A stretch of DNA of 64,000 nt from Bacteroidia bacterium. GTDB taxonomy: Bacteria; Bacteroidota; Bacteroidia; AKYH767-A; OLB10. The stretch spans positions 1,537-65,536 of the forward strand of contig DAOQTX010000002.1 of assembly GCA_035340715.1 (NCBI GenBank). Reading direction: 5' to 3'. The notes under the pieces were generated by a model. The model was not told the origin of the DNA. It was given only the letters and a program-made list of their open reading frames with translations, and made no database searches. A program made the position numbers and the translations under genes. Positions within the stretch are counted from its first letter, which is position 1, and each line of letters opens with the position of its first letter. Of the stretch, positions 12,599 through 22,346 are shown one piece after another.

Positions 12599-13579
12599 TT
12601 AAAGTGCTGTAATATTTATTCCATTTCCACAACTAAAATGTTTTTCCGGACAATGGTTTAATCCATGTAACCCGCAAGGTTTGCATGCTGGATAAGGGTC
12701 AGATTCAACTACCACACTTTCATCGCTCAGAGGACCAAAACCAAATTGAGGAACAGTAGAGCAGAAGAATGCAGTAACCGGAGCATTCACAGCAGAAGCT
12801 AAGTGCAACGGAGCAGAATCATTTACATAATTCATTCTTGCTTTAGACATTAAATATGCCGATTCAAGTAAATTTAACTTACCACTTAAATTTTGCGCAT
12901 GCTTGCATCGTTCAGCAATTCTTTCACACAATGGATAATCATCGGATGAACCCAGGATATAAATTACTTCGAAACGAGGTTGAATATGCTCACATAATTC
13001 GATCCACTTTTCAAAAGGAAGTTGTTTTGTAAACCATACTGAAGCAGGGGCAATGCAACAATATTTTTTGTTTTTAATATCACCTACCAAACGATGAACT
13101 TTTTGTTCAACTGCATTGCTGGTATATAGTTTTGGTTTGTATTGATGAGGAATATTTAAAAAGTCCGTTAGTTTAGCGTTTCGTTGTGTTTCGTGTGTTC
13201 CATCACCGATAATATGCTTGGCTTTGTGTTGATAGAATAGCGATAAAGGATTTTTGTCGTATCCCACTTTTGTCCTGGCTTTACTGAACAAAGAGATTAA
13301 CCCAGTGCTAAGAAATCGCTGTAGATTAATGAGTACTGCATATTTGTTTTTTCGAACTTGTGCAATAAGCAACAACAGGTTTTTTATTTTCTTGTTCTTC
13401 TTATCCCATACAATTACTTCATTGATAAAGGGATGATCTTTGAATAATGATTCATTCCCTTTTCTGACCAAAATATCTATGGCTTCAAAACGATTCGAAC
13501 GATATAGTTGCTCCAACAGTGCGGTAGAAAGAATTACATCTCCTATAAAAGAAGTTTGTATGACCAAAACCTTGTTCAT
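12599..13579 (-). CDS. glycosyltransferase family 9 (heptosyltransferase-like)
   Basis: N-terminal VLVIQTSFIGDVIL and NDSAPLHLASAV, both GT9 hallmarks. Unusual C-terminal Cys/His cluster CKPCGLHGLNHCPEKHFSC. Confidence 0.7.
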   Translation of the reverse strand: MNKVLVIQTSFIGDVILSTALLEQLYRSNRFEAIDILVRKGNESLFKDHPFINEVIVWDKKNKKIKNLLLLIAQVRKNKYAVLINLQRFLSTGLISLFSKARTKVGYDKNPLSLFYQHKAKHIIGDGTHETQRNAKLTDFLNIPHQYKPKLYTSNAVEQKVHRLVGDIKNKKYCCIAPASVWFTKQLPFEKWIELCEHIQPRFEVIYILGSSDDYPLCERIAERCKHAQNLSGKLNLLESAYLMSKARMNYVNDSAPLHLASAVNAPVTAFFCSTVPQFGFGPLSDESVVVESDPYPACKPCGLHGLNHCPEKHFSCGNGINITAL

Positions 13580-13580
13580 A

Positions 13581-14399
13581 TCATACCGCTACATCATGTT
13601 CGCGCAATGCTTGATTGAGTGATGTTTTTAAATCAGTCGATTTTTTCCTTTGACCAATGATTAATGCACATGGAACACCATATTCACCGGCTTCAAAAAT
13701 TTTATTTAAAGTGCCCGGAATCACTACCGATCTTTCTGGAACTACGCCTTTGTATTCAACTGGAGTTTTATTCGTAACATCAATAATTTTTGTACTGGCG
13801 GTTAACACCACATTGGCTCCAAGCACTGCTTCTTTTTGAACTCGAACTCCTTCAACTACGATGCATCTTGATCCAATAAAACAACCATCTTCAATGATAA
13901 CGGGAGAAGATTGCACCGGTTCTAATACACCTCCAATTCCAACTCCACCACTCAGGTGAACGTTTTTTCCAATTTGCGCACATGATCCAACTGTAGCCCA
14001 TGTGTCAACCATGGATCCAGAATCGACATAAGCTCCAATGTTTACATAACTTGGCATCAGAATTACTCCCGATGAAATATAACTACCATGCCGCGCTATG
14101 GCATGCGGAACAACTCGAATTCCTTTTTGTGCGTAATTTCTTTTCAAAGGAATTTTATCGTGAAATTCCATTATACCCGCCTCAAGCACTTCCATTTTAC
14201 GAATTGGAAAATACAGAATGACGGCTTTTTTAATCCAATCGTTAACTATCCATTCAATCTCGGATTTTGGTTCCGCCACGCGCAACTCACCATTATCCAA
14301 TTTGTTTATAACGGATTCAATCGCGTCAATAACAATTTTATCAGATAATAGTGCGCGGTTGTCCCAAGCGGCTTCTATTAGTTCTTTTTCAGTCTTCAT
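13581..14399 (-). CDS. dapD: 2,3,4,5-tetrahydropyridine-2,6-dicarboxylate N-succinyltransferase
   Basis: Left-handed beta-helix hexapeptide repeats and DapD-like length. The track extension to 14432 runs through a promoter motif, so the Met at 14399 (MKTEKEL) is preferred. Confidence 0.7.
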   Translation of the reverse strand: MKTEKELIEAAWDNRALLSDKIVIDAIESVINKLDNGELRVAEPKSEIEWIVNDWIKKAVILYFPIRKMEVLEAGIMEFHDKIPLKRNYAQKGIRVVPHAIARHGSYISSGVILMPSYVNIGAYVDSGSMVDTWATVGSCAQIGKNVHLSGGVGIGGVLEPVQSSPVIIEDGCFIGSRCIVVEGVRVQKEAVLGANVVLTASTKIIDVTNKTPVEYKGVVPERSVVIPGTLNKIFEAGEYGVPCALIIGQRKKSTDLKTSLNQALREHDVAV

Positions 14400-14405
14400 A
14401 TTCAG

Positions 14406-14413
14406 CAAATATA
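14406..14413 (-). promoter_or_regulatory. Bacteroidota -7 promoter motif TAtaTTTG for dapD
   Basis: The reverse complement reads TATATTTG six nt upstream of the dapD ATG. Matches the TAnnTTTG sigma-A consensus of Bacteroidota. Confidence 0.5.
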
Positions 14414-14442
14414 GGAATACCCTATGGAGCAAAGCTAATTTT

Positions 14443-14450
14443 TATATTTG
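14443..14450 (+). promoter_or_regulatory. Bacteroidota -7 promoter motif TAtaTTTG for ruvX, apparently leaderless
   Basis: TATATTTG ends 6 nt before the ruvX ATG at 14457. Divergent partner of the dapD motif. Confidence 0.5.
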
Positions 14451-14456
14451 CAAAAT

Positions 14457-14873
14457 ATGGGTAGGATTTTAGCAATCGATTATGGAAAAAAAAGATGCGG
14501 GTTGGCCGTTACCGATCCATATAAAATGATTGCGACTGCCTTAAGCTCTGTTGAAACGAAACAATTATTTCAATTCATTGAAACATACATTAAGAAAGAA
14601 CAAGTAGAAACCATAGTTATTGGTGAGCCCAAACACAAAGATGGAATGCCGGCTGATATTATGAAAGATATTGTACACTTTGCAGGAAAATTACGCAATC
14701 TGTTTCCGCTCATTCCCGTACAGTTTATGGATGAGCGATATACGAGTAAAATTGCTACTCAAACCATGATTATGGCAGGTTATAAAAAGAAAGACAGAAT
14801 GAAAAAAGATAATATTGATAGAATTAGTGCAGTATTAATTTTACAATCTTTTTTAGAATCAATTAAGAGATAA
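14457..14873 (+). CDS. ruvX: Holliday junction resolvase-like protein RuvX/YqgF
   Basis: MGRILAIDYGKKRCGLAVTD, the RNase H-like YqgF signature. The track start at 14448 is a TTG inside the promoter motif. Confidence 0.8.
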   Translation: MGRILAIDYGKKRCGLAVTDPYKMIATALSSVETKQLFQFIETYIKKEQVETIVIGEPKHKDGMPADIMKDIVHFAGKLRNLFPLIPVQFMDERYTSKIATQTMIMAGYKKKDRMKKDNIDRISAVLILQSFLESIKR

Positions 14874-14877
14874 TAAT

Positions 14878-15435
14878 ATGATATTGCCAATAATAGCATT
14901 TGGAGATCCGGTACTAAAGAAAAAAGCTTTGGATTTTGACTTGAAAGATCCAAAATTAGATCAACTGATTGAAGATATGTTTGAAACAATGTATGAAGCT
15001 GCTGGTGTAGGTCTGGCTGCCCCTCAAGTGGGTTTATCGAGAAGGTTATTTGTAGTAGATGCCAGTCCATTTGAAGAAGATGACCCCAAGATGAAAGATT
15101 TTAAGAAAGTATTTATCAATCCGGTACTATTAGATGAGAATGGAGAAGAGTGGACTTTTAATGAAGGATGTTTGAGTATTCCTGGTGTACGTGAAGACGT
15201 TAACAGAAAAGCCATTATTAAAATTAAGTATTATGATCAGAAGAGGATTTTGAGAGAGGAAGAATACAATGGTCTAGCCGCTAGAATAATTCAGCATGAA
15301 TACGATCACATTGAAGGCATTTTATTCACCGATAAGTTATCTGCTTTTAAGAAAAGACTAATCAAAGGAAAGTTGTCTGATATTCAAAAAGGAAAAGCAA
15401 AAGTAAGTTACAAAATGCGTTTTTATCGAGCATGA
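14878..15435 (+). CDS. def: peptide deformylase
   Basis: GxGLAAPQ, EGCLSIPG and QHEYDHIEG motifs. Confidence 0.9.
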   Translation: MILPIIAFGDPVLKKKALDFDLKDPKLDQLIEDMFETMYEAAGVGLAAPQVGLSRRLFVVDASPFEEDDPKMKDFKKVFINPVLLDENGEEWTFNEGCLSIPGVREDVNRKAIIKIKYYDQKRILREEEYNGLAARIIQHEYDHIEGILFTDKLSAFKKRLIKGKLSDIQKGKAKVSYKMRFYRA

Positions 15436-15950
15436 GAATTTACTTAATTGGTTTTATGGGTGTCGGTAAGTCGAAGATGGCAAAGGCTGTTTCTGCTAAA
15501 ACACAATTGAAACATTTTGATATAGATGAACTTGTAGTTCATCAACGTGGAACTACTATTACAAAAATATTTGAAAAAGAAGGAGAAGAACAATTTAGGA
15601 TTTATGAGCGAGAAGCTTTGAAAGCTACTTTTGGTTTTGATAATTGTGTAGTTTCATGCGGAGGAGGAACGCCTTGTTTTTTTAATAATATTGATGAGAT
15701 TAATCGGAATGGAATAAGTGTTTATTTAAAATTGGATGTATCCATTCTTTTGAGTCGTCTGGAAAAAGATAAGAACGAAAGACCATTGTTATCATCTCTT
15801 TCGAAGGAGGACCTAAAAGATTTTATTCATCAGATATCAAAGGAAAGATCTGAATACTATAATAAGGCTCATGTTACAATTAATGCGTTTAATCTTTCCG
15901 CTAATGCGCTGATAGATCAATTAGAACAAAAAGGAATTCAACTTAGATAA
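15432..15950 (+). CDS. aroK: shikimate kinase
   Basis: Walker A GFMGVGKS. 172 aa. Overlaps the def stop by 4 nt. Confidence 0.8.
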   Translation: MRIYLIGFMGVGKSKMAKAVSAKTQLKHFDIDELVVHQRGTTITKIFEKEGEEQFRIYEREALKATFGFDNCVVSCGGGTPCFFNNIDEINRNGISVYLKLDVSILLSRLEKDKNERPLLSSLSKEDLKDFIHQISKERSEYYNKAHVTINAFNLSANALIDQLEQKGIQLR

Positions 15951-16441
15951 ACAGCTTCACTTCCTCTGGTCATATCTACACGAATGTGTTCTTGAAGGGT
16001 AGTTGATAATGTGTGGCCAACAAAATCAGCATTAATAGGATAATTTTTATGATCTCTATCAACCAACAAGACAGTCCTGATTTTTTTAATATCCGCTTCC
16101 AACAATGCTTTTAAGGCGTATGTGAGCGTTTTCCCGGTATTTAATACGTCATCAATAAGAATGATAACTTTCCCTTTCAATTGGCCTTTTTCTAAACTTA
16201 CATTAATAGAATTTTGGATGGGTTTACTTTTATCAAAGTGCACTTCGCAAAGAACCACTTTAATTTCGCTAATTGCTGAAAAAGCTTTCTCTAATTTTTT
16301 AGCAAAACTATATCCAGTTTTTGTAATACCCGCAAAAATCAATTCTTTTTCTTTAGAATTGTCTTCCAGAATTTGATAAGCAATACGGTTAATTCTTTGT
16401 TGGATCTGGTTTTTGTCGAGAATCAGAGTTTCTTTTGCCAT
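15938..16441 (-). CDS. pyrR: bifunctional pyr operon regulator / uracil phosphoribosyltransferase PyrR
   Basis: PRTase motif VIILIDDVLNTGKT, VLLVDRDH and PINADFVG. Colinear with B. subtilis PyrR. Confidence 0.75.
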   Translation of the reverse strand: MAKETLILDKNQIQQRINRIAYQILEDNSKEKELIFAGITKTGYSFAKKLEKAFSAISEIKVVLCEVHFDKSKPIQNSINVSLEKGQLKGKVIILIDDVLNTGKTLTYALKALLEADIKKIRTVLLVDRDHKNYPINADFVGHTLSTTLQEHIRVDMTRGSEAVYLS

Positions 16442-16986
16442 TCTTCTTGAGATATCAATCGGCCACCTTTATAAAATGTTCTTTTGTAGTAAGGCGATTC
16501 TAAATCGCTTATTATAACTCCATTTGACCGGCTTGAATGTACAAATTTATTCTCGCCTAAATACAAGCCCACATGGGATATGTTTTGAGAACGCGTTTTG
16601 AAAAATACCAAATCACCTTCGGCCAATTCGGTTTTCTTTAAAGGTGTGCATTGCTTGTACAATGAAACTGAATTGCCTTGCGATTCTAAATCAAATCCTG
16701 CACGGATCAATTTGTTTACTAAGCCACTGCAATCAATTCCGCCAAGAGTTTTTCCTGCATAGCGATAAGGAGTTCCGAGCCACTTTATAATTGATTCGTA
16801 TAGTTGAACATTCTGAATAGATGAGACACTTAATCCGGCAATTTGTGCGTAATATGATTTTACATATTCGTCTATAAAAGCTGGCCCAACACGAACTAAT
16901 TCCTTCTTTTCAATTGTAGTTTGAGCACCCACTGTTGAAAAGCTGAGTGTGAGACATAGAACAAAGATGCTTGACCAATATTTCAT
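16423..16986 (-). CDS. NlpC/P60 (C40) family peptidase, secreted
   Basis: Signal peptide. Catalytic Cys in GGIDCSGLV and downstream His. 187 aa. Confidence 0.75.
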   Translation of the reverse strand: MKYWSSIFVLCLTLSFSTVGAQTTIEKKELVRVGPAFIDEYVKSYYAQIAGLSVSSIQNVQLYESIIKWLGTPYRYAGKTLGGIDCSGLVNKLIRAGFDLESQGNSVSLYKQCTPLKKTELAEGDLVFFKTRSQNISHVGLYLGENKFVHSSRSNGVIISDLESPYYKRTFYKGGRLISQEEWQKKL

Positions 16987-17049
16987 GGCACAAAAATAAA
17001 GGATAGAATAATATGAAAATGAAGGCTTTCTGAATAAGTTTTCAACGAA

Positions 17050-17904
17050 TCAAGCCTTGGAATAAGCTAATATGTCCCACTGACAGTTATGCATTTCCGT
17101 TTCAACTGTTATAGCTGATTGATCAGAAGCTTTAATAATAGAATAATTTTGGTGGATCAAAAACGACACCAACTGTTTTGCACTTGAATTTTGTTCCTTC
17201 AAATTTCTATCATCTAACTCTATAAATAGTTTTGGCTTATAGTTTTTTATTGTATTAACGGAACCTTTGAGTACATTAAATTCAAAACCTTCAGTATCAA
17301 TTTTTATTAAATTAATTTCCTTTAGTTTTTGATTTTCTACAAACTCATCAAGAGTAATAATTTCAACTGGTATTTCGCCATTTTCACGAATACGATTCAT
17401 TCCTTTATTATGATTGTCAACCGTACTCATTCGATACGAAGCCTTATGATCACCAAAGCCATTTTGATAAGTAAAAACTTTTAGTTCCGGATTGAGCGAC
17501 AAATTTTTCTGTAAACGTTTATAGTTGAGTGGGTGCGGCTCAAAACTATAAACCGTTCCATTGGCCCCGCTTCTTTTTGCAAAATTCAAGCAAACTTCCC
17601 CCATATTTGATCCAATATCTAAGATCAAATCACCTGATTTTATTAAACTATATAAGTAATTTCTTTCCCTTTGTTGAAAATCCCAGAAAATATACCAGTC
17701 CACCATATCGGATAAGTCCAGTTCATAATTAATCCCGTTTCTTTTTACAAACCTTTTTGAGTTTTCTTTGTATTGATAAGGGTTAGGAGGCACCTTAGTA
17801 ATCCAATGACCAAAGTATTTGCCGGATGTCAACTTTTGAAGTATATACTCCAAAGGCATCCACTTGAACATTGTCCTGATCAAATTTAACAAACTCGACT
17901 TCAT
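17050..17904 (-). CDS. FkbM-family SAM-dependent methyltransferase
   Basis: LDIGSNMGE SAM-binding motif, FEPHP and IKIDTEGFE, typical of the FkbM family. Confidence 0.65.
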   Translation of the reverse strand: MKSSLLNLIRTMFKWMPLEYILQKLTSGKYFGHWITKVPPNPYQYKENSKRFVKRNGINYELDLSDMVDWYIFWDFQQRERNYLYSLIKSGDLILDIGSNMGEVCLNFAKRSGANGTVYSFEPHPLNYKRLQKNLSLNPELKVFTYQNGFGDHKASYRMSTVDNHNKGMNRIRENGEIPVEIITLDEFVENQKLKEINLIKIDTEGFEFNVLKGSVNTIKNYKPKLFIELDDRNLKEQNSSAKQLVSFLIHQNYSIIKASDQSAITVETEMHNCQWDILAYSKA

Positions 17905-18052
17905 GATACGAAAATATAAAGAGCCTTTAATTCTTTAAATAATATTTATAATAATATTGAGTTTAATGCTCTAAAACCATTGTTTTCATTGAAAACAGTA
18001 GTATTTACAATTTCATTATCCTATATTTATTGCTTAATTAAAAAAAACCAAA

Positions 18053-20866
18053 ATGAAACAACTTAGATTACTTAGCTTTTTTATCATCAGTGTCTTCGTG
18101 TGCACAAGTACTGTTGAAGCACAAAAGAAAAAGGACACTAAAACCAATTCCCAAACTCAAACTACGGTAGCTGCGATCGCACAAACAGAAACTTCAGTAC
18201 CTAAAAAGATCACCACCGTTGAAGGAATAACGGAATATAATCTTTCAAATGGTTTACGAGTGTTATTGTTTCCAGATCAATCTAAGCCTACCATTACTGT
18301 AAATATTACCTATTTGGTTGGTTCGAGACATGAGGGTTACGGAGAATCAGGCATGGCTCACTTGTTGGAACATATGGTGTTTAAAGGTTCAACTAATCAT
18401 CCTAACATACCACAGGAATTAAGTTCTCATGGAGCTCGTCCAAATGGAACCACTTGGTTGGATCGTACAAATTATTTTGAAACGTTTTCCGCTACTGATG
18501 AAAACCTCCGTTGGGCTTTGAGTCTGGAAAGTGATCGAATGATCAATTCATTTATTAAGAAGGAAGATTTAGAGTCTGAATTTTCTGTAGTTCGAAATGA
18601 GTTTGAATCTGGAGAAAACAATCCTGAAGGTGTGCTGATGGAAAGAGTTATGTCCACTGGATATTTATGGCACAATTATGGAAAAAGCACCATTGGTTCA
18701 AAAGAAGATATTGAGCGAGTACCGATAGAAAATCTTCGTGCTTTTTATAAAAAATATTATCAACCTGATAACGCTGTTTTAACCATTGCAGGAAAAATTG
18801 ATCAAGATGCTACCATAAAATTAGTGAATGAATATTTTGGTAAAATTCCTCGCCCTACCAGAGAGCTACAACCAACCTATACGGTTGAACCAACACAAGA
18901 TGGTGAGCGATTTGTTGAATTGAGAAGAGTAGGTGATGTTCAAGTTGTAGCAGCTGGATATCATATCCCTTCAGGTGCTCATGCTGATTATGCCGCAGTA
19001 GAAGTTTTAACTGAAGTATTAACCAACGAACCTTCCGGACGATTGTATAAAGCTTTAGTTGAGTCTAAAAAAGCGAGCGCTACATATGGATATTCTCTTC
19101 AATTGAAAGATCCGGGTTACGCTTATTTTGCGGCTCAAGTATTAAAGGATAAATCACTTACAGATGCCAATACTACTATGATGAGCGTGTTTGACAATTT
19201 AAGTTCGAACAAAATAACTGATGAAGAAGTAACACGCGCGAAAAATACCATCATTAAGTATTTTGAATTAATGTACAATAATAGCGATCGAGTAGGCTTG
19301 ACTTTAAGTGAATACATAGCTCAGGGAGATTGGCGCTTGTGGTTTTTATATCGCGATGCAGTTGAGAAAGTAACTGCCGATGATGTGAATCGTGTAGCAC
19401 AAGCTTATTTTAAACCAAGCAACCGTACAGTAGGAACATTTATTCCGGTTGATAAACCTGATCGTGCCACTATACCTGCATCACCAGATGTAACGGCCTT
19501 GGTTAAAGATTATAAGGGCAAAGCAGCATTGGCTGAAGCTGAAGCTTTTGATCCTTCGTGTGCGAATATTGACAAGCGTACTACAAAAGGAACTATCCCG
19601 GGTGGAGCTAAATATGCTTTTCTAACAAAATCTACTCGAGGAAGTAGTGTTAATGCTCAAATAAAATTATTCTTAGGTTCAGAGAAATCATTAGTTGGAA
19701 AAGGGTTGACAGCAGAGTATTGTGCATCTATGCTAAAGCGTGGAACCAAGACTAAAAGCTATCAACAAATTAATGATGCTTTCGATAGCATGAAAGCAAG
19801 CGTTAGTATTTCTGGTTCAGGACAAACGTTAACGGTGAACATTACAACAGTTAAAGACAGGTTAAACGAAGTTATGGCGCTAGTGAACGATATACTTCGT
19901 AATCCATCTTTCCCTGCCGATGAGTTTGATAAAATGAAAGAAGAAGATTTGGCTTCTATTGACCAGTCAAAATCCGATCCACAATCATTAGCCATCAATA
20001 CTTTCACAAGAATGATGAACAACTATGATAAAAGCGATTATCGTTATACCATGACTTTCGAAGAGAAATCTTCTGCTTTGAAGGCATTGAAGTTGGAAGA
20101 TGTAAAGAAATTTTATACCGACTTTTATAATGGATCAAATGCAACAGTTGCGGTAGTTGGAGATTTTGATGCAGAAGCTACCGCCAAAGGGTTAAGTTCG
20201 ATGTTGGCCAATTGGACTAGTACTCAAACATACAGCAGAGATGCGAATAAGTCATTTAATAATCCAGCCAAAGTTGAGAAGTTGAATACTCCTGATAAGG
20301 CGAATGCCATGATGATTTGTGGACATGATATGAACATTAAAGATGATAATGCAGATTATCCTTCATTAATTATTGGGAACTACATGTTGGGCGGTGGATT
20401 CTTAAACAGTCGATTGGCAACAAGAATACGTCAAAAAGAAGGAATCAGCTATGGAGTAGGTTCGCAATTGCGTGCCGATGCTAAAGATGAAAGCGGTTCA
20501 TTCATCTCATATGCTATTTATAACCCGGATAATTCAGCAAAATTAATTGAAGCATACAAAGACGAACTAAACAAAATGTTGACAAGCGGATTTACTTCAG
20601 ATGAGTTAAAAGATGCAATATCTGGATATTTGCAAGGTCAAAATGTTAGTCGTTCACAAGATCGAACATTGGCTTCGAGACTAAACAGCTATTTGGAATA
20701 CAATAGAACATTTGCTTGGGATGAAAACATCGAAAAAGCGATTTCTACTTTAAATGTGGATCAGGTTAATACAGCAATGAAAAAGTGGATTAGCCCTACA
20801 AATATAAGCTATGTAGAAGCTGGTGATTTTAATCGTATGAAAGACGATAAGATGAGTCAGGAGTAA
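18053..20866 (+). CDS. M16-family (pitrilysin/insulinase-like) zinc peptidase, secreted, fused two-domain form
   Basis: Signal peptide. Inverted zinc motif HLLEHMVFKGS (HxxEH). 937 aa. Confidence 0.85.
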   Translation: MKQLRLLSFFIISVFVCTSTVEAQKKKDTKTNSQTQTTVAAIAQTETSVPKKITTVEGITEYNLSNGLRVLLFPDQSKPTITVNITYLVGSRHEGYGESGMAHLLEHMVFKGSTNHPNIPQELSSHGARPNGTTWLDRTNYFETFSATDENLRWALSLESDRMINSFIKKEDLESEFSVVRNEFESGENNPEGVLMERVMSTGYLWHNYGKSTIGSKEDIERVPIENLRAFYKKYYQPDNAVLTIAGKIDQDATIKLVNEYFGKIPRPTRELQPTYTVEPTQDGERFVELRRVGDVQVVAAGYHIPSGAHADYAAVEVLTEVLTNEPSGRLYKALVESKKASATYGYSLQLKDPGYAYFAAQVLKDKSLTDANTTMMSVFDNLSSNKITDEEVTRAKNTIIKYFELMYNNSDRVGLTLSEYIAQGDWRLWFLYRDAVEKVTADDVNRVAQAYFKPSNRTVGTFIPVDKPDRATIPASPDVTALVKDYKGKAALAEAEAFDPSCANIDKRTTKGTIPGGAKYAFLTKSTRGSSVNAQIKLFLGSEKSLVGKGLTAEYCASMLKRGTKTKSYQQINDAFDSMKASVSISGSGQTLTVNITTVKDRLNEVMALVNDILRNPSFPADEFDKMKEEDLASIDQSKSDPQSLAINTFTRMMNNYDKSDYRYTMTFEEKSSALKALKLEDVKKFYTDFYNGSNATVAVVGDFDAEATAKGLSSMLANWTSTQTYSRDANKSFNNPAKVEKLNTPDKANAMMICGHDMNIKDDNADYPSLIIGNYMLGGGFLNSRLATRIRQKEGISYGVGSQLRADAKDESGSFISYAIYNPDNSAKLIEAYKDELNKMLTSGFTSDELKDAISGYLQGQNVSRSQDRTLASRLNSYLEYNRTFAWDENIEKAISTLNVDQVNTAMKKWISPTNISYVEAGDFNRMKDDKMSQE

Positions 20867-20887
20867 GCTTATTGACAAAGAGACATA

Positions 20888-20920
20888 GAACGGATACTGA
20901 ATTTCAGTATCCGTTTTTTT
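20888..20920. terminator. rho-independent terminator, bidirectional
   Basis: Perfect hairpin AACGGATACTG-loop-CAGTATCCGTT followed by T8. Lies between convergent genes. Confidence 0.7.
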
Positions 20921-21620
20921 ATGAAATAAAATTTGAAATGTTGCTTATTAAATCTTGTATAGAGATTGATTCAAAAGAATGCTTGGCCTGCATGTAGGAA
21001 CAGTAACTAAATTGACTACTGATACGGCATAAAGATTGATATTCTTCAGCACTTACAAAAGTGTCAAGTTCACTCCTGGAGAGTAATATTGGTCGATTTA
21101 TATTTCTTAAACCTTCATTAAATGCATTGCGGTTTTCTACTAAAGAAGCAAGAAATTGTTTGGTACTATCCAACAAATCTATTGCAGAAATTGGTGCATG
21201 AAGCGAATCCAAACTTTTGATAAAACCTGGAATTTTTTCACACATTTTATCGTAGTTCAATTTATGAAGCTCGTTTTGAAGAACTACAGGATTCCAATCA
21301 AGTTTGGTGTTGACCAAAATAATCCCTTTTGGATCGATCACATTTTGAATCAATGCATGCATTGCAACATATCCTCCCATACTATAACCGAGAATGAAAT
21401 ATTCTTTTTTCTTAAACGTACTTGCGATAAACTCTTTGAGTTGATTGGAGAGTGACTCCAGAGTAAATGCTTCATGGCTACCTCCATGCCCATGAAATGT
21501 AAATCGAGATAAATTAAATGAAGATGAACCTTCAAGGAATAATGAATCGAATTGCCTTTCTGTAGCAAGTGCTCCGTGTAGACAAATAATATTTACTTTC
21601 GAATTAAACTTCTTCATCAA
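20919..21620 (-). CDS. alpha/beta hydrolase fold protein
   Basis: Nucleophile elbow GYSMGG and an HG-rich region. 233 aa. Confidence 0.7.
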   Translation of the reverse strand: MMKKFNSKVNIICLHGALATERQFDSLFLEGSSSFNLSRFTFHGHGGSHEAFTLESLSNQLKEFIASTFKKKEYFILGYSMGGYVAMHALIQNVIDPKGIILVNTKLDWNPVVLQNELHKLNYDKMCEKIPGFIKSLDSLHAPISAIDLLDSTKQFLASLVENRNAFNEGLRNINRPILLSRSELDTFVSAEEYQSLCRISSQFSYCSYMQAKHSFESISIQDLISNISNFIS

Positions 21621-22257
21621 AAAACTCTACCAATCCATTGGTAACATTGTAATAAGCTCCTACGATTCCTACTTTCTTACTTGCTATCAAATCACCTAAG
21701 ATTTGACTTTTCATTTTGATGTTATTGATTGTTAAGTCTATATGAATATGACTTACTTCGTTTACAAACTCTTCATTGCTGCTGTTATGAATTTGATGCT
21801 TCTCCTTTGCTTTATCAACTGCAGGTTTTAGTTTGGATAATAAATGTGTCAAATGACCAAGTTTTACATCATCACAAGCTCCATTTATGGCTCCGCAACG
21901 TGTATGCCCCATTACTACTATAAGTTTTGCTCCGGCAACTAGACAGGCAAACTCCATTGAACCTAATATATCTTCGTTTAAAATATTACCCGCAATGCGT
22001 ATAGAAAAAACATCTCCCAATCCTTGATCAAATATCAACTCTGCGGAAGTTCTTGAGTCAATACAACTCAATATGGCTGCTACCGGAAATTGACCATCAC
22101 TGGTTTGGTTAACCTGACTCAATAAGTTTCGATTCGCTTTTAGGTTATTAATAAATCGTTGGTTCCCGTCTTTTAACATATTGAGAACATCTAGGGGTGA
22201 AAGTTTTTCTTGTTTATCTTTATTGATAGTATTCATAATAATTTTTGAAAAATACAA
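21604..22257 (-). CDS. beta-class carbonic anhydrase
   Basis: CIDSR and HTRCG zinc-ligand motifs. Confidence 0.8.
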   Translation of the reverse strand: MYFSKIIMNTINKDKQEKLSPLDVLNMLKDGNQRFINNLKANRNLLSQVNQTSDGQFPVAAILSCIDSRTSAELIFDQGLGDVFSIRIAGNILNEDILGSMEFACLVAGAKLIVVMGHTRCGAINGACDDVKLGHLTHLLSKLKPAVDKAKEKHQIHNSSNEEFVNEVSHIHIDLTINNIKMKSQILGDLIASKKVGIVGAYYNVTNGLVEFFDEEV

Positions 22258-22346
22258 AACCTATCACACATTATGTATATGAAAAATAGCTCTTCTTAAT
22301 TGTTTTGATAGTTATTCAATCTTTCTTTTATTCATTTTATACTGAA

